Below are positions 29,321-38,664 of a stretch of DNA of 64,000 bases, piece by piece. Within the stretch, counting starts at the first letter, position 1; each line of letters begins with the position of its first letter. Below the pieces are notes generated by a model that was not told the origin of the DNA, did not search any database, and saw only the letters and a program-made list of their open reading frames with translations. Made by a program: the position numbers and the translations under genes. The stretch spans positions 1-64,000 of the IMG/VR virus record IMGVR_UViG_3300042545_001275, one strand, 5' to 3'. The stretch comes from an uncultured virus (IMG/VR IMGVR_UViG_3300042545_001275) (lineage: Duplodnaviria; Heunggongvirae; Uroviricota; Caudoviricetes).

Positions 29321-31009
29321 ATGAATTTCAATAAACTTTGTAAGTTAATATTAGAAAACGCTCCAGAAACAAAGGAACAGCAACAAGAAAGACTCGATAG
29401 AGAAAAAAGCTTTTTATCTGGTGAGCTTGCTGCTCCTGAAGGAGTTTTTAAAAATTCTGATAAAAATAAAAAACCATTGGATCGTTGGCAATGGGATTGG
29501 ACAAAGGAAGTAAAAGCAGATCCAGAAACAAAAGGAAAAAGTGGCGAAGGATTTCAAGCAATGAAAAGAGTTTATAAAGTTTTAAACAACGCATTTCGCT
29601 TGTTAGAAAACGACACCGATTTTAGTAAGAGAGTTTTATCAATGTCAAATGATATGGATAAGAAAAGACAATCTTATGGAAGAATCACAGTTGAAGATGA
29701 GAATGGAAAAATGAAAACATTCGATGAAGAGAATGTGATGAAAATATTTCCAGGAAATATTGCAAAGTATGCTGGCGAAGAAGAAACAAGAAGAGCGAAC
29801 ATAGCATATTTAGAAACACTTAAAAGAAATACTGAAAATCTATCAGATATTGCTGGTATAGATAAACAATTGAAAAAGGCTGAAGCAGAGCGTCAAGAAT
29901 ATGAAAATAAATTAAACACCGCTCAAAATATATATAATCAAGTCTTAGAAAGAACCAATGAAATTGAAGAAGTCAATAAATCATTGAATGATCAAAAAAT
30001 GGAAGCTTTTAAATATTATCTAAAATCAACAGCAGAACAGTTGCTGTTAGATAATGAACAGAAGCTTGCTGATGAAAGTAAGTTGCAAGATTTGTCTCAA
30101 TTAGATTGGGAAAGCACACCAAAGGGTATGCAAGAAAAAATGAACATGTTAAGAGCTTTAGCTTCTGAAGATTCAACTATAAATCCAATTCTTGCATATT
30201 TGGATATTTATGATACTCGATACTCTGAAAGAGAAGCTGAATTAAGGGATCAAGAACTCAACGCAAATGTTAATATAACCAAAGTTAGAGATTATAATTC
30301 TTTACCATTTGTACAATTGGTCAACTTGTACAATAATATGAAATATAATGAAAAGTTTGGATTCAAACCTCATAAATTAGCTCCAGTTGCTATGGACTCT
30401 GATGAAAAATCAGATGAAGCATATATTGAATTGAAAAAAGTATTAGATTCAATTAATAATGAAGATGAATGGATCAATAAAGTTATTAAAAATCGTAAGT
30501 ATGTTGAAGATTTGGTTGATATGTTAGCTTTAACTGATTCTCAAAAACAAAATATCAAAGGATATACAAAAACTATGTGGAGTGATGCAACTGGTAGAAC
30601 AAAAATCAACACAGCTCAACTTATGCTTCAAGAACTTAACAAATATAGAAAGCAATTATCTGAAAATGTTTCAAATTCATTCGATTCTTATATATCATCC
30701 ATAATGGAATCTATGGAGTTTGATCATGACGATTATGAAATCGATATGATCGAATTACTAGAAAAAAAATCAGCTAGATGTACTGGTCCAACTAAAAAAG
30801 CCAGCAGTGATAGAAAAGGTAAAAAGTGGACAAAATGCGCTCGCCAATCAGATGGTTCTTATAAAAGAATTCATTGGGGACAAGCTGGAGTTCGTGTAAC
30901 TGGTAAATCAGGAAACACCAAGAGAAAGAAAAGCTTTAAAAAACGCCACGGATGTTCATCCGCTAAAGCAGGAACACCAAAAGCCATGGCATGTAAAGAT
31001 TGGGCGTAA
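29321..31009 (+). CDS. coiled-coil protein with C-terminal basic Cys/His module
   Basis: MNFNKLCKLILE leader (ATG 5 nt after TAAATA; track start 29306); tail RIHWGQAG...KRKKSFKKRHGC...ACKDW. Confidence 0.6.
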   Translation: MNFNKLCKLILENAPETKEQQQERLDREKSFLSGELAAPEGVFKNSDKNKKPLDRWQWDWTKEVKADPETKGKSGEGFQAMKRVYKVLNNAFRLLENDTDFSKRVLSMSNDMDKKRQSYGRITVEDENGKMKTFDEENVMKIFPGNIAKYAGEEETRRANIAYLETLKRNTENLSDIAGIDKQLKKAEAERQEYENKLNTAQNIYNQVLERTNEIEEVNKSLNDQKMEAFKYYLKSTAEQLLLDNEQKLADESKLQDLSQLDWESTPKGMQEKMNMLRALASEDSTINPILAYLDIYDTRYSEREAELRDQELNANVNITKVRDYNSLPFVQLVNLYNNMKYNEKFGFKPHKLAPVAMDSDEKSDEAYIELKKVLDSINNEDEWINKVIKNRKYVEDLVDMLALTDSQKQNIKGYTKTMWSDATGRTKINTAQLMLQELNKYRKQLSENVSNSFDSYISSIMESMEFDHDDYEIDMIELLEKKSARCTGPTKKASSDRKGKKWTKCARQSDGSYKRIHWGQAGVRVTGKSGNTKRKKSFKKRHGCSSAKAGTPKAMACKDWA

Positions 31010-31028
31010 TGTTAATTAATTTAAAATT

Positions 31029-31214
31029 ATGAATGAATTTGATCAACTATATAATCTTCTTCTTGAGAAATATAAACCAAAAAAGAAGAAAAAAGTATCT
31101 AAATTAAGAGCTAAATGCCAAGCTAAAGCAAAATCTAAATACGATGTCTGGCCTAGTGCATATTCTAGCGGGTACGTCCAGAAATGTGTCAAAAGAAAAG
31201 GTAAAATGAATTAA
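31029..31214 (+). CDS. small basic protein with WPSAYxSG motif
   Basis: MNEFDQLYNLLLE leader; KYDVWPSAYSSGYVQKC. Confidence 0.65.
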   Translation: MNEFDQLYNLLLEKYKPKKKKKVSKLRAKCQAKAKSKYDVWPSAYSSGYVQKCVKRKGKMN

Positions 31215-31215
31215 T

Positions 31216-32946
31216 ATGAAGTTCAAAAATTTATATAATAATCTATTATTAGAATTCAGCGAAGGAGCCATTAAGAAATTAATAGCGAAATTTTCTGATG
31301 TGGATGAACAAACAGTTCGTTTTTATTTGGATAAATTTGAAAAATTTAAAAACGCACTTGAAAAGAAAGATCCATTTCAATATAAAACATTCATAGAGCT
31401 TGAGCAAGCAGTTGATGCTGCTGAAGGCAAAAGAAATGTTAAGAAAGGAGATCAGAAAAAAGTTGAAATTGATGTTCAGCAAGATGATATCGTAGCAGAA
31501 GATGAAGATGTAGTCATTTATAGAGGGGATTCACAAGATAAGTGTATATTATACGGGAAGGGATACAGTTTTTGTATATCTCGACCTGTTGGTGGTAATA
31601 TGTATTCTAGTTATAGACTTGAGAAAGCATCAACGTTTTATTTTATATATTTTAAGAAAAAACCAGTAACCGAAAATGACCATATAATGGTGTTAGACCA
31701 TACGAATGATAGATACGAGTGGACATTTAAAAATAATAATACACAGCCTGTTGAAGGTGGTTGGGATGAAATTGTTTCAAAATATCCAGAATTAAAACCT
31801 TATAAAAACTTACTTGTAAATAAAAAACTGGAAGATTCTGAAAAAAAAGAAATTGAAGATATACATTATTTTTCAGAAAACCCGACTCTTGAAAAGTTTA
31901 AATCGGTTGATTATAGTACGCAATCAAAATATTTAAAATCGATTATCAACTTACCCGACAACATTTTCGAAGTTTTAGATTCTTACTTAATAAATGAATT
32001 TTTATCAATTGGTCCTAATTTAACTACAAATCAGGCAAATTCTTTAACGGATAGTCAAATACGAAGATATATCAAAACAAGAGAGCAATCTATCGATCAG
32101 ATTGGAGAGAATTTGAACCTTAATAAGCATGACTTTAATATTCAAAAAATTAAAGATCGTATTGATGAAGGTCAAAAAATGGCATATGAACGTGTAGCTA
32201 GAGGCAACTTTAATCTTTCAAATCTATTTATTGTGAGGTTGCCTGACAATATACCAAGTAATGTTGGTGGGAGTTTTATTTGCTACAACAACAATCTAAC
32301 TAGTTTAGAAGGTGCTCCGAGTAATGTTAGTGGGGATTTTTATTGCTACAACAACAATCTAACTAGTTTAGAAGGTGCTCCGAGTAATGTTCGTGGGGGT
32401 TTTAGTTGCTACAACAACAATCTAACTAGTTTAGAAGGTGCTCCGAGTAATGTTGGTGGGAATTTTTATTGCAACAACAACAATCTAACTAGTTTAGAAG
32501 GTGCTCCGAGTAATGTTGGTGGGGTTTTTAAGTGCTACAACAACAATCTAACTAGTTTAGAAGGTGCTCCGAGTGATGTTCGTGGGCGTTTTTATATACA
32601 CCCTCAAAAAAATGGGACAACGTTTACTGAAGACGAGATAAAAACAGCTATGGAAGAAAGCCGTATCAAAAAAGCCAAATCCATGCTCAAAGAAAACCGC
32701 AAATTAACTCAAATTGAAATATTAGAAAACCTCAGAGATTGGTTTGCTCCTCATGTGGATAAAAAAGGTCGCAAATTCAAAGGATGGATAAATTGCAAAA
32801 CTGGCGGTCCTTGTGGTAGAAAAGATACATCAAAAGGATCATATCCAGCATGTAGACCCACTAAAGCACAATGTGCTAAAATTAAAGGTAAAATGTATAA
32901 AAAGAAAAGTTCTGCTAGAGTTCGTTGGAAAAAGAAAGCTGATTGA
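31216..32946 (+). CDS. multidomain protein with leucine-rich repeats and C-terminal basic Cys module
   Basis: MKFKNLYNNLLLE leader; five 21-aa CYNNNLTSLEGAP repeats; LRDWF...GGPCGR...YPACRP tail. Confidence 0.7.
   Translation: MKFKNLYNNLLLEFSEGAIKKLIAKFSDVDEQTVRFYLDKFEKFKNALEKKDPFQYKTFIELEQAVDAAEGKRNVKKGDQKKVEIDVQQDDIVAEDEDVVIYRGDSQDKCILYGKGYSFCISRPVGGNMYSSYRLEKASTFYFIYFKKKPVTENDHIMVLDHTNDRYEWTFKNNNTQPVEGGWDEIVSKYPELKPYKNLLVNKKLEDSEKKEIEDIHYFSENPTLEKFKSVDYSTQSKYLKSIINLPDNIFEVLDSYLINEFLSIGPNLTTNQANSLTDSQIRRYIKTREQSIDQIGENLNLNKHDFNIQKIKDRIDEGQKMAYERVARGNFNLSNLFIVRLPDNIPSNVGGSFICYNNNLTSLEGAPSNVSGDFYCYNNNLTSLEGAPSNVRGGFSCYNNNLTSLEGAPSNVGGNFYCNNNNLTSLEGAPSNVGGVFKCYNNNLTSLEGAPSDVRGRFYIHPQKNGTTFTEDEIKTAMEESRIKKAKSMLKENRKLTQIEILENLRDWFAPHVDKKGRKFKGWINCKTGGPCGRKDTSKGSYPACRPTKAQCAKIKGKMYKKKSSARVRWKKKAD
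32257..32601 (+). repeat. 63-bp tandem repeat x5.5 encoding LRRs
   Basis: Units at 32257, 32320, 32383, 32446, 32509, partial 32572. Confidence 0.95.
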
Positions 32947-32968
32947 TCTAATGCATTAAATATCTTTA

Positions 32969-33454
32969 ATGGCAATTAAAATTAAATCTCTTGAAGCTAA
33001 TTCATTAGACAAAACATCTTTAGATAATGGCTATTTATATAAAGATTTAGCGTTGGATCTTAATCCCGCATATTCTTATAATAGTCAACTCAATAGAAAA
33101 GAATTTTTAAAAGACGTTCAAGCATCTTATGATGTTCAAGCTATAAAAAATAGTATAGTTAATGCTTTTTTAACAGCTCCTGGTGATAAAATATTAAATC
33201 CAACATATGGAATTGATTTAAGACGATTTTTATTTGAACCCATTGATGATTTCACAACTGAAATTATTAAAGATGATATTCAAACCAATCTTCCATTGAT
33301 GGAACCTAGAATAACCATCGATAATATCTACATCTACCCAGATGAAGAAGAAAATCAATACGATATAGAGTTACAAATAAACGTTCCCAGTTTAGGTGTT
33401 TATGGATTGAACATAAAATCTAGACTTAATTCTTCAGGATATACTGTTTTATAA
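32969..33454 (+). CDS. gp25: baseplate wedge protein gp25
   Basis: YKDL, AIKNSIVNAFLTAPGDKILNPTYG, LFEP, EPRI. Confidence 0.9.
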   Translation: MAIKIKSLEANSLDKTSLDNGYLYKDLALDLNPAYSYNSQLNRKEFLKDVQASYDVQAIKNSIVNAFLTAPGDKILNPTYGIDLRRFLFEPIDDFTTEIIKDDIQTNLPLMEPRITIDNIYIYPDEEENQYDIELQINVPSLGVYGLNIKSRLNSSGYTVL

Positions 33455-33479
33455 CTTCTCCCATTAAATATTTTTTAAA

Positions 33480-35288
33480 ATGAGTGATACAAAAACATTA
33501 GAATACAATTTACCAACGGATGCTTATATAAATTTCGATGCGGTATCTTTAAAGAATTTTATCATTCAGAGATTGAATGAAAGTTCAAAATTCACTGATC
33601 AAAACTATGAAGGAAGTAACTTATCATCATTGATTGATATCATTGCTTATACCACTCACGTTTTGATGTTTTATCTCAATCAAACAAGTTCAGAATCTTT
33701 ATTCACACAATCATCGATTTATGAAAACATGAATCGTATTATTAAACTCGTTGGATACAACCCAACAGGAAAGCAAACATCTCAAGTACCAGTTAATTGC
33801 ACAGCTAAATCAACATTACCAGCTGGTAGTTATTATTTGAAAAAATATAGTTACTTTCTAGTGGATAATATTCAATATACAATATTGGATGATTTCTTTT
33901 TTGAAAAAGTAACCAACAGTGATGAAACTATAACAACGATAAATGATAATTTAATTTTATATCAAGGAAGTGTCGGAGAATATCCAACTTACACATCAGA
34001 AGGTTTGGAATTCGAAACGTTTCCAATAGTTGTTGATAATTTAATCGATTCAAACAGCGTTAATTTTATAGCGGATGGTACAATTTCAGTTTATGTAAAA
34101 GAAAAAGACACAGAAACTTGGTTTGAATATTCAAAAGTTAATACTATATTTTTCTCAAGTGCTAATGAAAAAATATATGAACTGAGATTGAATGAAAATG
34201 GCCATTATGAAGTAAAATTCGGTAACGATACATTCGGTAGAAAATTAGAACAAGGCGATGAAGTAAAAGTAATGTATTTGTTGAGTGATGGTAACGCTGG
34301 AACCATTAGTAAAAATGTAATTAACGGAAATAAACTGTTCAATTATTCTTCCAGCACATTTAATCAAATATATGATGATGTTTATAATCAAACATCAACT
34401 TTAATAACTAAAGATAAAAGTTCATTATTAACTTTTGTAAACCCTTTAAACTCAACTGCGATTAGCGATGCTGAAAGTGTAGAAGATCTTAAAAAGAATG
34501 TACCGTTTTTAATTTCATCTCAATATAGATTAGTAAGTGAACAAGATTATGAAATTTATTTGAAGAAAAGCATTCCAAATATTTTAAAATCCGTACAAGT
34601 TGCAAATAATGATAAATTTTTGGAAGAGTATATACAATATTTTTATGATATATGTGTAGATCCAAATAAAGTAAACAGAGTTTTATTAAATCAAGTTAAC
34701 TTTGCCGATAGTTGCGATTTTAATAATGTTAATATATTCTGCGTTCCAGATTTTACTATAAGTGTTGATGAATCTTATCCAACATATCTACCAAATAGCT
34801 TTAAAAATTTAATTAAAGATTTAACAAATGATAAAAAGATGTTAAGTCATGAAATAATTCCACGAGATCCTGTTTATATGGCATTCGATATTGGATATTC
34901 ATCAAAACCCGCTTCTAAAAATGCATATTTTGATAGTAAAATAGTAGCTACATTAGATAAAAATACCAGAATCAGCAAACAAACTATAAAAGAAGCGATT
35001 AGAAATAAAATAGTCGATTTCTTCAAAGCAGACAACAATCAGCTTGGTGGTATTATGAATTTATCCACTTTAACAAGCGATATTTTAAATATTGAAGGTG
35101 TTAATTTAATACAAACTGTAAACAGTGCGGAAAATGCTACATTCAACGGTTTATCTTTTGTAACATGGAATCCAGTTTTTGAAGGGGTTGATTCTGAATT
35201 CGTAAATCAAAATACAACAATGCCATTTTTTAAATTTCCTTATTTTTACAGACCCATAAACTTAATAAATAAAATTGAAATTATATAA
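33480..35288 (+). CDS. gp6: baseplate wedge protein gp6
   Basis: FTDQNYEGSNLSSLIDIIAY, YEVKFGNDTFG, YLLSDG, ESVEDLK, QYRLVSEQDY. Confidence 0.9.
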   Translation: MSDTKTLEYNLPTDAYINFDAVSLKNFIIQRLNESSKFTDQNYEGSNLSSLIDIIAYTTHVLMFYLNQTSSESLFTQSSIYENMNRIIKLVGYNPTGKQTSQVPVNCTAKSTLPAGSYYLKKYSYFLVDNIQYTILDDFFFEKVTNSDETITTINDNLILYQGSVGEYPTYTSEGLEFETFPIVVDNLIDSNSVNFIADGTISVYVKEKDTETWFEYSKVNTIFFSSANEKIYELRLNENGHYEVKFGNDTFGRKLEQGDEVKVMYLLSDGNAGTISKNVINGNKLFNYSSSTFNQIYDDVYNQTSTLITKDKSSLLTFVNPLNSTAISDAESVEDLKKNVPFLISSQYRLVSEQDYEIYLKKSIPNILKSVQVANNDKFLEEYIQYFYDICVDPNKVNRVLLNQVNFADSCDFNNVNIFCVPDFTISVDESYPTYLPNSFKNLIKDLTNDKKMLSHEIIPRDPVYMAFDIGYSSKPASKNAYFDSKIVATLDKNTRISKQTIKEAIRNKIVDFFKADNNQLGGIMNLSTLTSDILNIEGVNLIQTVNSAENATFNGLSFVTWNPVFEGVDSEFVNQNTTMPFFKFPYFYRPINLINKIEII

Positions 35289-35294
35289 TTAATT

Positions 35295-38200
35295 ATGCCC
35301 GATTCTTATCCACCATCAACTATAAACGGTGTAACTGTAAACCACGGTTGGACGGGCGCTGTTGAAATTGTCAACACTTCACATATTTATACCACAGGTG
35401 TTTGGTTTAGAGCAGCAAATGCATGTGAACCTTATGCGAGGCTTCCTAGAACTATGGGTGGATTTCCCTCGTTTGTTGAAAATAATGCCCCAACCGTATG
35501 GATAGGGAAAGGAGGGGCATTTGTATACACCTTATATTTTTCAAAACCCGTAGATCGCGTAAGAATTAAAGGTGCTGGTGTTGGACCAAGTGTAGAAACT
35601 TTCAAATTCGCCACAAATGGTGGAACTGTGATATTAAGAGATCCCACTCCTTCTGTTTTATTAAATGGTTATCAAAAATTATTTTCTGTTAGTGGTGATA
35701 CAGTAACAGCACGACACGATTGCTATGAAGATCCTTATAAACAAGGAGCATTTGTTGTTGATGTAACTTCATCAAGACCTTTCACAGAAATAACAATAAC
35801 GGGTCCAGGTGAAAGATCAGGAGCTTTAAGGACAGGTACTTCAATCAGAGTTTGGGAAATAGATCAAAGCCCCGCTCCTACTACAGCCCCACCCCCAACA
35901 ACAACAACTTCAACTACCACACCAACACCAACAACAACTACTTCAACCACTACACCAAGACCAACAACAACTACTTCAACCACTACACCAACACCAACAC
36001 AGCTTTGTTTAAATAAATCTATTGTTATACAAATTTGTAATAGTAATGCTTTAAAAGATGATGACTTTGAAGTTTATTTAAATGATAATTTAATTGGGAA
36101 CGCAATTTTGGGATTTAATGATACGGTAGGTTCTATATTTGTAGGAATTACTACACAAAATTTATCAATAATAGATACTGATTTAAGTTGCCCATTGGAA
36201 AAAATGGTAAAATATGGTTTCAATGAAAGCATATTAAACATAGGAGGAAATAATAAAATATTTCTAAAAAATAAAAAAAACAATGGTAGCGGAAGTTATG
36301 GAAATATTATAATTAAGGTATATGATGTATCTGGAGGTTATTTAATAAATCCAACTGTTGTTGCGAACCTTACATTTAATAGCTATACTAATACAGATTT
36401 TCTTTTTCAAAATATTAATATTTTTTGTCCTACTACAACAACAACGTCTACCACTCCAGCACCCACTACTACTACAACCACCACTACTACAACCACCACT
36501 ACTACAACTACCACAACAACCACCACTACCCCAGAACCGACTACCACCCCAAGACCTACAACAACCAGCACAACAACACCCATACCTATATTGGATGATC
36601 CTCCGAATTCTATAGATGTGCAATTTGATGTATTGGATTATAAAGATGAAAATGTATTAAGTTCATATTCATTAGAAATAACCCCATTAAAATTCATACC
36701 AAGACTTGGAAATATAAAAAATGCAAAACTATTGTGGAACTTTGGAGATGGTACAACCTCCGAAGTTTTAACTGCATTAAAATCTTATAATTATCCAGGA
36801 AAATATTATGTTAATTTAGTCGTTTATGATTGTTTCAATCATGCTAAAATTTCTATATATACTGCTGAAATAATGATATATGATTATTTGCCTCACACCT
36901 TTTCAATTAATAATTTACCAAACAATTCTGAAATAACTTTATACAGTGGAAAAATAAAAGGACCGTGGACAGTTATTGCAACATATCCAGCATATCAAAA
37001 TAAAGGAAATGTATTTTATGAAGTTGAAGGCAGCAAAAGCGTACATCATCAAACTCAAAAAACTAATAAATATGGACATTTAGAAAAAACATATGGATTA
37101 TATGATAAATTTTTAAATAAAGGATTAAATTCTTATCAATTTAGAGAAATTGATGATATAGAGGTTTCAAATAACCCGATATATGTTAAAAAACTAAACA
37201 AATCAATAGTAAGATGTTCAAAAAATGACGATGGTTCTGAATTTGCAGGTATAAGTGGAAATAAAAACATATATTTCAAAGATGATACACCAACAGATCA
37301 AGATATAATTAGATTTTATTTTGATAAAACTAATATATATTCCCCAACATCATCCAAACACGTTTCATATTTTAATACTACATCGATATTATTATCTTGT
37401 AAAGTATTGCCAAATACATTATCTGCAAAATATAGCATAACTTCAAATGGATTGGATGGCGAATATTATTCTATTTCATCATTTGATATTAATCCAATAC
37501 AATTTATAGGTAATAAAATATATTTTACAGTTAAATTGAAAGATGATGATAATTTTTCAATAAAAACCAACCCGATAAGTTCTAGATTTTTTTATGATCC
37601 TTATACAATTCAAATTTCAAATAATGAAAATATTGAATTTTATTCTACGCCAATTATGATTAAATCTTATTTGGGTGCAGATAGATATTATTTTGATACA
37701 AAATATCTTATTGATCTTGATTTAATTTCTGAAAATACAATAAATGGACCTTATCGAATCACAATTTATGATTGGGGAACCTCGCAAATTGCTTCAAGCT
37801 CATCTGAATTTTATTTGTATCCAAAAGATTATTATAAAATGTCTAAAAAGCATGAAGATTTTGATATGGGCGAAATCTTAAAAGACTTAAGATTCCAAGA
37901 ATCATTAATAGACAAAAATGTATTATTTGATGATTTCTTAGGAGCTATTTATAATCAAACAACCCCAATAGATGATAATTTAGGAGCTAAATTATATGAA
38001 AAAATATCCAATTTTGTGGAAAACACTCAAGATGTTGATAGAAATGAAATACCAGCTTTAATTTCACAGCTTGAAATGTTGGATGGGGATGTTTTGAAAA
38101 ATGTTGTCAATTATCCTGAATCTATAAAACGTATTTTAAACTTGATAAGTATATCAAAAAATAAGTTAAATGGTTATGAAAACAAATTTGCAAACAATTT

Positions 38201-38654
38201 TGATATAAAAGGATACTCTTCAAAAGAAGAATATGGTAAAAATTTAGGAAATCAAATAACCACATTGACTTATACTATAACTGCAGGAATTGATATAGTC
38301 GCATTAGAAAAATTCAGCAATACCTATAAGCTTTTAAACACATACATACCTCTTTCAGCATCCAGTATAACTCTAAACAACCAAACATACAAATTAAGTT
38401 CATACAATGATACATGGGGGTGGCCTTTGATATTACCAGGTAATTTCACATCCAGAGATTTTGATAAATATTACACATTCTTTGAATATGTAAGTACTTA
38501 TGATGGAACAATCACTGATTACACATTAGATTTTAATAATTCAATGTGTACAATACCCCAATCAGCATCATATAATGATTTATATAAACAAAATGGTATA
38601 TTTGATCATATATTGAGAGATAAACTTGCGTCACAATTAAGATTATCTGCATAA
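35295..38654 (+). CDS. baseplate wedge gp7-like protein with accessory N-terminal domains, Thr/Pro-rich linkers and PKD domain
   Basis: Follows gp6; two poly-Thr tracts; WNFGDG...YNYPGKYYVNLVV PKD motif. Confidence 0.55.
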   Translation: MPDSYPPSTINGVTVNHGWTGAVEIVNTSHIYTTGVWFRAANACEPYARLPRTMGGFPSFVENNAPTVWIGKGGAFVYTLYFSKPVDRVRIKGAGVGPSVETFKFATNGGTVILRDPTPSVLLNGYQKLFSVSGDTVTARHDCYEDPYKQGAFVVDVTSSRPFTEITITGPGERSGALRTGTSIRVWEIDQSPAPTTAPPPTTTTSTTTPTPTTTTSTTTPRPTTTTSTTTPTPTQLCLNKSIVIQICNSNALKDDDFEVYLNDNLIGNAILGFNDTVGSIFVGITTQNLSIIDTDLSCPLEKMVKYGFNESILNIGGNNKIFLKNKKNNGSGSYGNIIIKVYDVSGGYLINPTVVANLTFNSYTNTDFLFQNINIFCPTTTTTSTTPAPTTTTTTTTTTTTTTTTTTTTTTPEPTTTPRPTTTSTTTPIPILDDPPNSIDVQFDVLDYKDENVLSSYSLEITPLKFIPRLGNIKNAKLLWNFGDGTTSEVLTALKSYNYPGKYYVNLVVYDCFNHAKISIYTAEIMIYDYLPHTFSINNLPNNSEITLYSGKIKGPWTVIATYPAYQNKGNVFYEVEGSKSVHHQTQKTNKYGHLEKTYGLYDKFLNKGLNSYQFREIDDIEVSNNPIYVKKLNKSIVRCSKNDDGSEFAGISGNKNIYFKDDTPTDQDIIRFYFDKTNIYSPTSSKHVSYFNTTSILLSCKVLPNTLSAKYSITSNGLDGEYYSISSFDINPIQFIGNKIYFTVKLKDDDNFSIKTNPISSRFFYDPYTIQISNNENIEFYSTPIMIKSYLGADRYYFDTKYLIDLDLISENTINGPYRITIYDWGTSQIASSSSEFYLYPKDYYKMSKKHEDFDMGEILKDLRFQESLIDKNVLFDDFLGAIYNQTTPIDDNLGAKLYEKISNFVENTQDVDRNEIPALISQLEMLDGDVLKNVVNYPESIKRILNLISISKNKLNGYENKFANNFDIKGYSSKEEYGKNLGNQITTLTYTITAGIDIVALEKFSNTYKLLNTYIPLSASSITLNNQTYKLSSYNDTWGWPLILPGNFTSRDFDKYYTFFEYVSTYDGTITDYTLDFNNSMCTIPQSASYNDLYKQNGIFDHILRDKLASQLRLSA

Positions 38655-38664
38655 ATAATCATAT

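Noticed and set aside
32257..32601. CRISPR array
   Set aside because: In-frame 63-bp coding repeats without unique spacers; no cas genes.
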